Origin: Lytechinus pictus
Lineage: Eukaryota
DNA: 64,000 nucleotides
Reading direction: 5' to 3'
Assembly (NCBI RefSeq): GCF_037042905.1
Contig: NC_087245.1
Span: 13,516,001-13,580,000 of the forward strand
Shown here: piece after piece, positions 1-13,800 of the stretch
Numbering within the stretch: position 1 is the stretch's first letter
Layout of the letters: each line of letters starts with the position of its first letter
Notes under the pieces: model-generated
What the model was told of the DNA's origin: nothing
The model's input: only the letters and a program-made list of their open reading frames with translations
The model's database searches: none
Program-made: the position numbers and the translations under genes

Positions 1-41
1 CGATTATGAGTCCAATGCTCTAACCACTGGACCACACGACC
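1..41 (-). mobile_element. 5' tRNA-like head of a SINE (continues beyond the window start)
   Basis: Reverse complement GGTCGTGTGGTCCAGTGGTTAGAGCATTGGACTCATAATCG contains an A box and a tRNA-like arm. Confidence 0.6.
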
Positions 42-1269
42 CTTGTATACAACGCTGGGCGAATTTGACATTTAATTTTCGAGGACATTCATATAATGGG
101 TAAATTTACTCGCTAAGTGCTTACCAGACGTACATGATCCCCCTTTTTTAAGGCATACTGCGTAATTCTTTTCGCTTGTATCATCTTGTATATTCATAAA
201 GGAAATTTCATTTCGATTCTATGAAATGGAAGTGCAAAAGGCCCGGACTTAAAAAAAAGGTCAACATTTGAGTAAAGTATTTGAAAAATAACAAAATTTG
301 TGGCTAGAATCTGCCCAATTTTTTGTGAATTTTGGTCATGTCAATCCTTCGGACACACTATTACAGATTCGTTATTTTGACCTATCCATTGGAGTGAGTG
401 TATGAGGATGTACCATATTATCAGATAATTATATGATAAAAGGAGATATCAACAGTGAGCAAGAGTATTCGTTCAAGGGCAATGAGAAAAGTAGTCAAAC
501 TGCTACATGTGAGATAAGAATGTCCCGAAACTTCGACAGCTGCCCACTATGGACCCCATGCATGGAAGAACAATACTGTCATATTGATAAAACTGAATAT
601 GGGCTATCCACCATTTTGTATTTTTTGTTGATTTTATACGGAATATAATAGTATATTTAAGTATTATGATAATCATTCAATTGAAAATGTTATATGGGCA
701 GCTGCAATTAGTTAAACAAAAGCTAGATGAGATAACACTTTAGTCATGGCGTTGTAACGGAATGATTTGATCTGTAACCTCGACTCGGCTTACACAAGAC
801 TTTGCTTCTGTCGTGTTTGTGAAAACTGCTGAAGAGGATTTTGATTCCAATTTATTTCGATCTACGCGGTTATTTCAGTGTGTTATGCCTTATTTTGGCC
901 TCTAAAAACTTCCCAAGATGATTGTTTCTAACATCTGTTACTCAATTGTCTTATGGGATTATCTAACTTCTTTGGGCCTCTTCACAGAGTATAATGTATG
1001 GGGATGTCTCTGGCGAAGTGCCACAATTTGTCTAGCAAATATAATGCTGTAGCACACACGCCCCTGCCCTTAATTGCCACTGCCCCTACCCTCCCTCCTT
1101 TTATTTTTCTTTTCCTACCTTTGTCTGTCTCCCACTCGCTCCCCCTCTCTATCAATTCTTATGGTAGATAGCGTAACCTGCTACTTGAGTATTTTCACTT
1201 CAATTAATTTTGACAAACTGTAATGAACAAAATAATGGTTGACAGCATTTCCATTTTGAGTACAAGGCA

Positions 1270-1500
1270 GTCATATTATCATCATCATCGTCATCAGTAT
1301 TGTTTATTATCATTAATTGCTGTTATTATCGTTATCATCACACTTTTTACATTTTATTTCATTATTATCATTATCATCATTATTATTATTATGATTATCA
1401 TTATTATTATTATTATATCATTATCATCATTTATCATAATCATCATCATTATCATCATCATCATTATTATTATCACTATTTTCATTATAATCAACATCAC
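1270..1500. repeat. Imperfect (ATT/ATC)n microsatellite
   Basis: Direct inspection. Confidence 0.9.
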
Positions 1501-2604
1501 TAATTAAATATAATAAATAAAGAGAATAAGGTAGCAATAATTCATGAGCTATATACAAAATAAAAGATATGTTTAGAGTGGCTAAAGATAAATATTCTTT
1601 CATTGATTTGACAAAATATCCATGCAAGTTGTGATTACATAACAGTATTTTGGACAATATACGCATGCACCAATGATAACTGTTGGTCATTGTAAGTTTT
1701 TGCAATTGAAGATCAGTGACAGTGCAAGTAATTTGACTAGAAGACTATCCATTTCCAAACCTTTCGGAAAATGTCGAATGATCTTTTACTTTAAAATTTT
1801 GAATAAGAAATAGGAACAAAGTTCCCCAAGGGAGTGTTTTGAAATTATAAAAAAAAATGAAAATCATATAAAAACAAGAGCTTGAAACAGAAAATATTCA
1901 TATTCTGTCACCCAAACTTAAAATGGTTGTGTGTTTACTGCCCAAGACACGTTAATGCTCACTCTCCAGGAATGACCTGCATATGACACACAAGGGACAT
2001 GGATTAAAAAACCCCGAGAGATGAGGTCATTATGACGCATCCTCACCAGGATGGGTCTCCGTTGTTAGGAAGGGGGCTTTGGGCAGGAAACGGGTACAGG
2101 AGACATGGTCTTACAGATCACCAACCACTAGACATCAACGACCCAACGAGAAAACAGTTTGTATTCCTTACAGCACTGTTAGCAACATAGGTCCATCAGT
2201 CTTTTTTTAAGTTGGCAATAAATAGTTATACATGTAGTAGGAATCTTGAATCTTCACTTAAATTAAAGCAAATATAGTGAGATAGTAATTAAAATTTATG
2301 TTTAGAGTATAGGCACCAACACCATAGCTACATTATCAGAGATCTTGGATCTTTTCTGAGGACAGTCGACTCGTCACATTCCTCATGTCTCCAGCCAACG
2401 AAAATAAGAAACGACTTAACTTTATGTCAAAATATTGGAAATCCTTTATGAAGCGCTTTGGGTATCATAAAAGTTTGATAACTATTATGTATTATTCCGT
2501 TGAAACAACAAATGTGTGGTAATTGGGATTCTGAGTATAAATATAATGTAGGACTGATTATTTTTGTTTATCATTATGGTTTAGTTTTAATAAGATGACA
2601 TTTT

Positions 2605-2780
2605 AAGTCATCATCGATATCATCGTCACCACCACAAAGTTTAATCATCACCATCACAACCACGACGACCATCATCATTATCATCACCATCATCTTCTCA
2701 TATTTATCATTGCAACATCATTATCATTACCATTACATTATCATTATTGCCGTCACCATGCGTCTTCGTCGTCATCACTG
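2605..2780. repeat. Imperfect (CAT/CAC)n microsatellite
   Basis: Direct inspection. Confidence 0.75.
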
Positions 2781-3744
2781 GGCGATATTGATGATCGTTG
2801 GAAATAGATGGTCTAAGATAGGATCTGTCATCATCACTGAATCTCCCTTAACCAGTTATTCCATTTATCACTTTAATCATTACCAGGTCTGAGAGCTACA
2901 GCTTAGCGTGATCATCATATCTCCTGTGCTTGAAACTGATTCCACTATCAAAGTAATTGTCTGGTCCCAAATCTGATATACAATGGGAAACATGATGGCC
3001 ATCTTTGATCAAGTTGATGCAATTTGAGATGGTTAGCAAACTAAAAATGTTAAAGATGCTGTTAAATCGGACAGCGACAATGAAAATGTTTATACTTTAT
3101 GACTAGAATTTAATAGACTATTGGAGGGAAATTGTCCTCGACAGCTATTTGCAATTATTGTTTTTATTGTAACTGATTAATAATGCAAATGATAAATAAC
3201 GAAATCAACGAAAGTGAATGTCTGAATATAAGCAGTGTAACAGTCTGCAACTTAAGACAACAGTGGCGACACTTCGGCGAGATGAATTATAGGAAAGCAT
3301 TTCGAAAAAAATAATAACTTGAAGGGATGCAACTTTTCCAAAACAAAAAGCCTTAAACATATTAAACAAAGTAATCAGACACATAAAGGAACACAGGTCA
3401 GCGCTGAGTCTTGTCAAGGGGGCTTAGGAGTGTCATGCCAGGATATTTTAGTATCATTCTTTCGTCGAAGCCGAGTGACTAACAAACTTTAGAAAGCAGA
3501 ACTTCTTTGCCGACAACGGCAACCCCTTGCCTTTAATTCGTTATGCTATTATCGTGCAGGGGGAGGAAGAAGGCTCGAATCCCTTACCACGGCCGATGGA
3601 AGCAACGTAGCAGCGTTAAATAATCACTTGGATTATATCACTTACAGAATATACTGTATTCGCTGCACTGATAATAGTACAGGATTTTTCAGTCTGGCGT
3701 GAGTTATAGAGGGGACGGAGGGGTACCCAAACTTTTGCTCAACA

Positions 3745-3838
3745 ATGGAATTACGAATTGCCTCTGTGCGTTGGAAAATTTGGTGGAATTTATTCTCAGC
3801 CGTTATTGTTGTACTTCAAATTGAATGTTCTTTCGGAG
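3745..3838 (+). CDS. Gene 1 exon 1: signal peptide (MELRIASVRWKIWWNLFSAVIVVLQIECSFG)
   Basis: ATG, basic N-terminus, hydrophobic core and small-residue end. G|GTAAG donor is phase 1, matching the SRCR exon. Confidence 0.7.
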
Positions 3839-4825
3839 GTAAGGATCGACAATATTTATGTATTTTTATGTTTGTTCGTAGGGTCATTAAAAACATTTAC
3901 ATACTTTCCCTGAACGATAAAGTAAACCTGCAACAGTTAGTATGAACGTTGTTCATATGAACAAAAGAAAACGATTTCTGTTTGCTCACCGTTCTCTAAT
4001 TGACTTCTTCAGTACATGAGATTTGATATTACAATGATATTCTTAATACACAATTCGGGTGAAAATACAATACAATAGCTCTATGGTGACGGATAAATGA
4101 TAGATGACAAATATCCTTACTTTCGAAGATTATCCGTCAGATGAAATTATATCATATACTTACAACCTATATTTTGTAACTCTGTCCGGGAATATATTGT
4201 ATTTCATATTATCATACGTGACGTGTTAATAATACACGTGACAAAGGATCATCAGCTTTGCGCGGACTGAGAGGGGAAAAGAGGAAAAGGTTAGTTGAAT
4301 TAAAGGGGGAAGGGCACTTCCCAGTTCGTAACATGCAATGAAACATATATATATGAACATTATACAATAAAAACAACAACAACAACAGCAACAACAATAA
4401 CAACACAATCTTTGTTTAATGATTATTACTTTACAATTTAAAGTTAATTTGGGTCCAGCTAAGCAACCACTATACCTGCTAATACTTTTAGATTTACTAC
4501 TATATTACNNNNNNNNNNNNNNNNNNNNNNNNNNNNNNNNNNNNNNNNNNNNNNNNNNNNNNNNNNNNNNNNNNNNNNNNNNNNNNNNNNNNNNNNNNNN
4601 NNNNNNNNNNNNNNNNNNNNNNNNNNNNNNNNNNNNNNNNNNGTCACTNNNNNNNNNNNNNNNNNNNNNNNNNNNNNNNNNNNNNNNNNNNNNNNNNNNN
4701 NNNNNNNNNNNNNNNNNNNNNNNNNNNNNNNNNNNNNNNNNNNNNNNNNNNNNNNNNNNNNNNNNNNNNNNNNNNNNNNNNNNNNNNNNNNNNNNNNNNN
4801 NNNNNNNNNNNNNNNNTTCTTCTTT

Positions 4826-4876
<51 letters not shown>

Positions 4877-7800
4877 TACTACTACTACTATATTATTATG
4901 ATGATGATAATTATAACAATAACACTTTTGACACTTATGTAATACGGCATACTACTGCATGACTATTTAATTCAAAATAAACTCGAGAACAATGGTATGG
5001 GGGGAGAAAGCTTTGCAGAAATTTAGACATGCAGAGTGTAAATTAAATGCTTCGGACTATTCTTCTACAGTGCGTATCAAAAAAAAATTACACTTTGAAA
5101 AAGCTCTGGGAATTAAAAAATATACAACATGTGGGTAATTTTTTGACATATAATCTTGGGTTTGGGTCTCATCTATCAAATGAAAGTAAAAGTTTTGACA
5201 GAATGTTACACTTGAGTGAGCACTGTCCATTTTTGTAAAGCTCGCAGAAATCTGTTTGCGCAGAAACGCTCGTTTTCACGCTGTGTCAAGGGGAATGGGC
5301 GAAATCAAACTTACATTGTGAAACATTTCTCATACATTTCCCTTGCACTTTCAGTCAATTGAAATAAAACGGATACATTCAACCATTTTGTAACAATTTT
5401 CCACCCAAATTGAAATTTCAACACTTAGTAAGCACAACCTTTACAATTTTTGTGCCAGCTGGATCTGAGGACATAACTGAATCTGAACAAAAGTTTATAT
5501 CAGACATCTCCAGCATTTTTTCACTAAGTTTTTATCATTTAAAGTGGGTTTACATTTCATTTTTCATTTAATACTTGTTTTTCCACACTTTTCCCAAGCT
5601 TGAAAATGATTAACACAATGAAAATCAAGCCTAAGTTATTTCATGTAATTCACAGCTCAGTGTAAAGCAAATGTCGTCACGATGGCCTCGGTGTGTGGGG
5701 GAGTGGGGTGGGGCGCAAAGCACTCTTCTAAGTGTTTTGGGAAAGGAAACAAGTTAAAAAAGGTTAAAGAGATCTTCAAATCAATTTTACTAGCTAAATT
5801 TCACGTGTTCTTCATGATTAAGGTCTACTTTTATTTGCATAACTATTTCAAAGTTCTGCGCAAATCATTTTTCACTAACTTTTCAAAAGTAAGTGGTGCT
5901 CACTCAAGCGGAAATATTTTTCGACAGTTATATCGTCATTTGATTAAATGGATCTGTACCAATGTTAAAATGTGGAAAAATCTTCAGGATATTACAAATG
6001 TATAATTTTACAGGATTTTTTCTAAGTGTAAACTTTTTTTTGATACGCACTGTATATACGCTTTAACTGTGGAGTCCCACAAGAAAGTATGCTAGACCCT
6101 ACCCTAATCATAAGTCATGTAACTGTTATCAATAAATGATATTTACGTGATGTGAAATGCCAATTGCATTTGATAACTTAAAAAACAAGACTTGGTTTGA
6201 ATCTCTGAAACTATTTGAAATCGTTTTCTTCCGTACTTGCAAACAATAAATATCAAATGAATGACGTCCATGGTGAACATTCTTTCTGTCATATTTCATG
6301 ATTTTTGCCAAGAAAACTTATTTTCAGTCAATTACTTTTCGATCATGCTCACGTTATTGAAATTTATTTAATTTACTTAGCTGGATAGCAAAGAAAAACG
6401 AAACCCTTCACGGATATGCGTCTACTCAATACAGAGTGGACTTGGCTTCGAATTATCTTCAATTAATGCAATGCCTGATCAGTAAACAATCGAAGAATGG
6501 ATTTGGCATTTCAAGATGTATTGTGAGCAATTGTTAGGAAGAAAATCTCCCTTAGATTTCCACATTGCCAAGTTACCTTGACCAGGAGAGGCACACATCC
6601 CTGCTGGAAAGAATATAGTTTCACACAGTGTTCAAAGTGTGTTCACAGTGTGTTGACAGAGTGTTCCCAGATTGTTCACAGTGTGTTCAAAGTATGTGCA
6701 CAGTCCATTCACAGTGTATTAACAGAGTTTCCAAAATGTGTTTACATTGTGTTCACATATTGTTCACAGTGTGGACAGTGTGAAGATGTTATTCACACAT
6801 AGCACATAGTGTGACGATAGTTTCACACTGTGAATTCATCGACAGTGTAAATGTTAAAATGTGTTCTAATGATGGACTACGTGAAAATGCGATTCAAGCA
6901 GTGTGAGGGTATTGTTTCATATTGTGGACATCTCGACGTATATGCCAGTGTGAATGTTCACAGTGTGTTCCGGTGTTTCCGTATGTGAAAATGTGATTCA
7001 TACTAGACACTGTATTCTTTCCAACAGCGAAGGTATTCCATAGGGGGGGGGGTGTAAGTCAAATATGATTTTCACTTTTCTTTTGAATAAAAAGTAGGGG
7101 TACGGTATTGGGTACGAATGAGTCAGATCCTTTCTTTTGACTTCTTTTTTTCCCTTTTTCTTCTTTTCTCCTCGATTCTTTAGTCTGCTTGAGAAACCAA
7201 GTTGATGATAGTTCCCCCTACGCCACCCCCGATTCCTGTCCTTGACTTTTTCGATATGACACATGCAAGAATAATTATCAACGGTGGTACATTGTTTATT
7301 AGCGAATAAACATCATTAATTTAAACATGTTTAATGATTAATATATGTCATTGTCACATCATAAGGCAAATCTTTAGCTAAGATTATTGACTTAAGAATT
7401 AAACTGCTTATAAACCAGATTCGAAACTTATCCTTCCGATAAAGATCCTCATTGTTTGTACAGGAAACGAATTTTGTTTATCGTGTTTATTTCAGTAGTT
7501 TCAATGATGATTTTTTTTTGCAAACCGACATCCTCAATTTCTAAATGTCTCAGTCTTTCACCTTCATCCTACCCCGATCTCAACCCTCCCCCCCTCTCTC
7601 TATTTTTTTTTTTTTTTGGGGGGGGGCGTATTTCATTATGCAAGATTATATCCTTAAGTGTTCAGAAATATAAAGAAAATATCTCCAGCGGAATGAAGAA
7701 GCAATTTATTATCTTATACAGCACATGTATTCTTATCCTTTCTTTTGATCATCTTTTTAATCGAAGTAGGGATGGGGGGGGGGGTGACATTCGCAATCAC

Positions 7801-10800
7801 TCGTATTGCACCGCCTCTCTATCCAGCGTTTACTACTTTGTATTATAAGCTGAATTAATTTATGCCAGTCTTAACAATTTCGATGTTGCGAAAAAAATAT
7901 TCTTTCGGCTTTTTCCCAACCAACATTTTACATGTAAATATATAAGGCAATTTGCTGATCTTTTAATTTACCTTTCAATTGACCCATAAATCGGATATGG
8001 TGGTGGGAAAGGGGCGGGATGCGGTAGAGGACTCGAAGGAAAAAAAACAATAATCATGACCTTAATGGTACACACTTAAAATGTTGGGCAACATACTGTC
8101 CGCTGTGTTGGTTAATGTATGTTGGTAAATATATATATATATATTCTAGGCAATTATCCAATTGAGCTAATTCATTTCCCAATTATTAGTTTTTATTACC
8201 CAATTTGGGCAGATTTTAACCAATAGTTGTATGGACAGTATGTTGCCCAGGGTTGGTTAAAAGTTGGGCATTTTGTGCCCAACTATTTTAAGAGTGTATA
8301 TATCAATTTCCCACTAAATTAGACTCGGCGCCCTCTCTCGCCAGTGGAATCGTTTTTCATAATTGAAGCTCGTGGAATGCTGATAAGATATAATTTACTA
8401 TACGTTTGGTTTGTGTATATGCAAAGAGAATTTCGTAAGGGAGTCTTTCCCCCTCTAAGGGGGGGGGGGGGGTTACTATCTCCCATAGGCTTCTATACAA
8501 AATTAGAAATTCGAATATGTGTGTTTGTGTGCGTGTGGGGGGGGGGGGGGTAAAGTACCTCAGGATCACCGTCTATGCTTTGCTTGTCGAGAAGTGTTTC
8601 ATTAAAAAAAGACTTTACGCAGGACAGTAGTACCGACTATTTTGGAGACATTTGTTAACCATACCCTAAAGAATTTTAAAAACATTGTACGGTATTTACC
8701 TGATCTCATAATGAATTGAAATTTTGAAATTGAAAAATCTTTAGGTTCTTTTAAAACAAGCTTTAACTTATAGGTAAGTAATTCAAGTGGTGGAACAAAA
8801 AAATACAAAGCGATGATTCACTGTCACGTGGGAGGGCAGCGCGTTCGGTAGGAATTAAAGTCAGGATATGAAAAATGATGAGAGGTACCTTGGAGAAACA
8901 CAGGGTGGTAATGAGAGGAAACGGAAAGATCATGCGTGGGAGAGGTGTGTGTGTGTGTGTACAGGGGGGGGGGGGGGGTAAATGGGAATTCGATTGTCGG
9001 ACATCTAGGTGGCTTTATCTGAGATAATTATGTGATGATGAAGATGATGATGATGATGACAATGATGATGATAACAACAAAAATAACGATAATAATGATA
9101 ATGATAACAAAAACAATAATGATAATTAACTGATAGATGATAATCATCATAATACCATTATTATTATTAAACACCAACGTTCTAAAAATTGCTGTTTATT
9201 TTCTTTTCATGCATTGTTCAAGCCTCGGGCTTATGGCATACTTGGTATCTATATTTAAAAAAAATTGACATCTAGTGAATTTACTATTCCTAAATCCATT
9301 TTAGGAATAATAAGGTATATTTTAAGGGATTGATTTTAGTTTCTAATTGTTTTGATTCTGGATTATCTTTGTTAAATTTTTGTGGATTTTGATGTTGTGC
9401 GCATTATCATGACCATATTTGTGTCCCTTTAAATTGTAAATTGTGTACAATTCAGCAAATGGCTGCGAGATACAATATGAAATAAACCATGAATAATAAT
9501 GTTCTCATACCCTCGATTAAGCTGACCGCCATAACATACTCATACANNNNNNNNNNNNNNNNNNNNNNNNNNNNNNNNNNNNNNNNNNNNNNNNNNNNNN
9601 NNNNNNNNNNNNNNNNNNNNNNNNNNNNNNNNNNNNNNNNNNNNNNNNNNNNNNNNNNNNNNNNNNNNNNNNNNNNNNNNNNNNNNNNNNNNNNNNNNNN
9701 NNNNNNNNNNNNNNNNNNNNNNNNNAAAAGCATGTTTTTAATTTGAGCGATACCGGATCAGGAACCCGTTGCATAAAAGTTACATTTATGGTAACTTGTA
9801 TCGAATCCTTGAATTTGATTGGTTAATTATCAGCGTTACCATGGTAGTTACCATTAGATGGCAAAGTTACCAGTAACGTTTATGCAACGGGGCCCAGATC
9901 ATCAAGCGTTTTTAATGTTTATAGCTCAAAGATTAACGCTTCAAAGTCCGTAAGCGCTCTCCAGTAACATTTCAATTAATGGTGGTCTTATTAAAGGCAA
10001 ACCTGTCTTGCCCGATACAGTTTGAAAAATGTTTTGCTTTTATTTTTGTTGTAAGAATCTATGAATAATTCAAGCATGTGACATTGTTAAGGCATATTAC
10101 CTCGAATGAAGGCCATGCACTCTTGGGACATATTGATAAATTAATGAACACCCAGTTCTCCCCTTCTCCTGATTTTCAGGAGTTTCCCCGGTAACCTTTA
10201 CGTGAATGTTGTCAGCACTAACACGTTACCATAGTAACAATCAACCACCTGTTATTTTCAGCCAATCAAAGCCAAGGAAAGTTGTTAGATCTGACATCTT
10301 TCATTTGACGGCAAATGATGATGAAACGCCTGACTACGAGTTTTTGAGGATTAAATAAAGAACTTCAAGGAGTTCATGAACGGACCCAAAAATATACACT
10401 AAAATGTAATTTGTTTTATCACAGTAGATCTACACCTGTATGTGCTTTTCTTAGCGTCCTGACTATGCTCGCTCACAAAATTAAGTTATAGAGTCGACCT
10501 GAACCATAAGATACGTGATTAAAAACCTCGATTTTGATTGGCTGCTTGGTTTTTTTACCATACAGTTACGATAATTGTAAGTCTTTATGTGTTGCGCACC
10601 CCTTACTTCTTTTTGCTGACGAGTGGAGCCAGCAAGCATAGAGGTACAGTTTGATCAATTTAGACTCTATTAATAAAGCCTTTATTTAAATTCCCTGTTT
10701 TTCGGTATTTTGAATCATACTGAAAAACTCGTGGAAATCCAGAAAATATGGAGAAGTGATTATACTAGTCTTTAATATTCACACACGTTTTTTTTTATCG

Positions 10801-13800
10801 TTAATATTCATATTTGCGTGACATAATAGGATTTGGTATGAGAACAAATAACAACATATGTTTATGATTGTTAATTTTATACGGTGGAAGTCCTAACTGG
10901 GTTTTTTGTATTTTTCATGACTTGAATAATGATGCAACGATTAAAAACACAATTTCCACCTCTTACAAATCATAAACAGATAGAATAATCTTAGCCCATT
11001 TGAATAATTACATACTTATAGGATATGTGTAGAAATTCCCATAATTTTCATGCATCTTATGTAAATTCATTTTGAAAGTAGAAGCCGTGTGAATACATTT
11101 GATTCGCTTTCTTCTTTTTTCCACGTTCATGAATTTACTGTCATACTGACACTTAATTTTGTATTCATGTTGTTACTCATATCGCCAGTTTTAATTGTTA
11201 TTATTCAAATTGTCCTTACGGTACTTGTTTGTTCCCACTGAAACAGCAATGAAAATATCAAGTATGAAATTGTTTCCACAGAACTTCGGCTTGGTGGTGG
11301 TCGCACGCCACGAGAGGGCAGGCTTGAAGTTGCCTACGAGAATAACATCCAACCGGGCAAATGGGCCTCTGTTTGCGGGGACGGCTGGACCAACGAGGAT
11401 GCCATAGTTGCCTGTAACGAAGCAGGGTTCCCTGGCCCTGCAGTGGCTGTCAGGCATGCCCGGGAGAGATATGGAGAGAGTTACCTAAATATCATGCTGA
11501 CAAATGTCGACTGTAAACCAGGTTTGTTTATCCAGCCACTTCAATCATTTTCTACTAATAATAATGCTCATCCTTTGATAAACAAATTGCCCCTTTAAGA
11601 GCTGAACCCCTTTCCTTTCGGATGGTGACATTAAAAGTCGACCCCAAACGTATATCCATTGAAACATGTCTGTAAAACCCCTATTATACAAATCTCGCTA
11701 CAGTAAAGCCTCATTTTTTCTTTTAAAAATAATTTTATTAAAAAATGATCATATGTCAAACTAGTTACATTTGTACATATTGTACTCTTCTTGGTGGCCC
11801 TGGTGCATTATGGAACCACTCTAGTATTAACACTTAATGCATGAGTTGAAATGATCATTTTAGGTAGCATCAACAATCATTGCAGTTATCATAAACACAT
11901 AAACTTAGTTATCTGGAACAAAACTAAATGTTGTTTTTGCTCTCTAATACTTCAATATTTTATATTTTCATGAACAATAATACCATTATGTATGCTATAG
12001 GGAACATGTTTCACAAGCTTTGCTTCCACATGACAGCTGTTACGTTATTCTTGCTCATTAACACATATTTAACTGCTTTCACGAATGTATTTCATCAATA
12101 TATTTCAATGAAATTTAATTTGTATTTCTTCCATAATGATGTTGAGATGTACAAACTGTATTTACTTTGCTGTTATTGTAGAAATAAATGAAATGAATGA
12201 ATAAATGAGTAACCAGTTAACATTTCCCCCTTTTCCCCAAATGTATCCAGGACACATAATACTACGCAAGTTAACAACAACAAGCCTCGCAAAAACAACA
12301 ATATACTATCTGGCAAACTATTTTACGAACAATATCACATTTCGTAAAATACTGTTATCGCAGTAGCGAAATATTGTATCACTGTAGCTGCGACTGGACG
12401 GCGTCGAACTTTGTATAGAACATAAGAAAATGTTAAATCCATTCATTACTTTAATATTGTAATTTGTTAGAAATTGAACCTGGATATTCAATTACCAGCG
12501 GTCATCGAATTGATAAAATTGATATCAAATTTAACAGGCGTGACAAGCATCTGTCATATTATATACTGTAAGCAGACACCCTTGATCAGTCAATGACTAT
12601 ACTTTCGTTTAAACTGTATAATTAACAAGACACAAGTAGACTTTTAAAAAATCCGATATGAAGTGCTCTAACTCTTCTGAAAAGTTTTAAAGCGATGTAA
12701 AACCACAAATCCAGATATAAATTCACCAAATATCGTCAGGAAACTGTACAGAGAAATTAAACATAATAATGGTCCCATTGTTGGCAGTATAGAGTGTCCC
12801 CCACCTCCCCCAAATTTTCAATCTTCTTATGTCAAAATTTAAACAGATTCCAAAAGAAGGGTTACAGCAACTCCTTCGGTTTTAATCAAAATGCTACTTA
12901 AGTCCACCTCATAAAAATATTGTTTAATAGATGGAGGAGAATTGCACATAATTTAATGTTGAAAACATTACTGAACTCGGATGCAAAATAATACATTTTA
13001 ATTTCAAAGTTCACTAATTTTAATTTTAAAGTTCACTAATTTTTACAAAGCATTTTAAGATGGTTGAGAAAAAACAAACAAGCTTAATCGTGTTAATGTT
13101 ATCAAATTCAGATGAACAATAGGAAAATAATAGCATTTCAAAGTTTAAAATTATTTTCACACAATATGGGAACTGACGACATCACACAATTCCTATTTCT
13201 TTTGTACTTTGTTATGATGATAGAAATGAAATATATCAAGGTTTTTCTCGTATGAACATGAAGTATAGTCATTATTCAAAGTCATTATGATTCAATCAAC
13301 AACTTCTTTATCATGAAATCTACACCAATCGGGATATGATAATGATATTAACAGAGAAAAATGAGTAACCGTTGTCGTATGTCTTGTGAAGTTAAACAAC
13401 CTTTTTTTTTTGTCTTCTAAAAGTTACAACTTGATTGTTTCAGTTCCGATTCTGATGAAATATACAGGTATTAAATGGTCGTAACATTAAATTAAATGAT
13501 TGAAATGTGTAATTGAGCTGGAATACCTATACAGTCCTGTAAAATAATGGCGAATGTCCTGATACACTTTATATTCCATTTACTGCATTATTGCGATTTA
13601 GAAATATATGCTTGAATTAGGTAAACTGTAAAATTAAATATCATCAAACTCTAGGTACTGAGAGCAATTCTCGATAAGTTACTTTATACAAACGTAACTG
13701 ATCAACAACAAAGTCAGAGAATACCTATAGGCCATCATGCACCAACCGATCAAATTATACTTCTAACGTTTTCTCTTAAAACAGAGCAATATTTTATACG

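Noticed and set aside
1223-1507. Poly-Ile and His/Tyr-rich ORFs
   Set aside because: Translations of an (ATT/ATC)n microsatellite; no splice or domain support.
4419-4901. ORFs containing X runs (also 9452-9774 and 20305-20640)
   Set aside because: Artefacts of N-gaps.
6599-7029. CRISPR-like array, or Cys/His-rich zinc-finger ORF 6578-6802
   Set aside because: Short degenerate tandem units with no unique spacers, inside a TIR element in eukaryotic DNA; the ORF just translates the repeat.
11195-11407. ORF-track protein MLLFKLSLRY...
   Set aside because: Wrong frame; the real SRCR exon 11282-11521 is in another frame.
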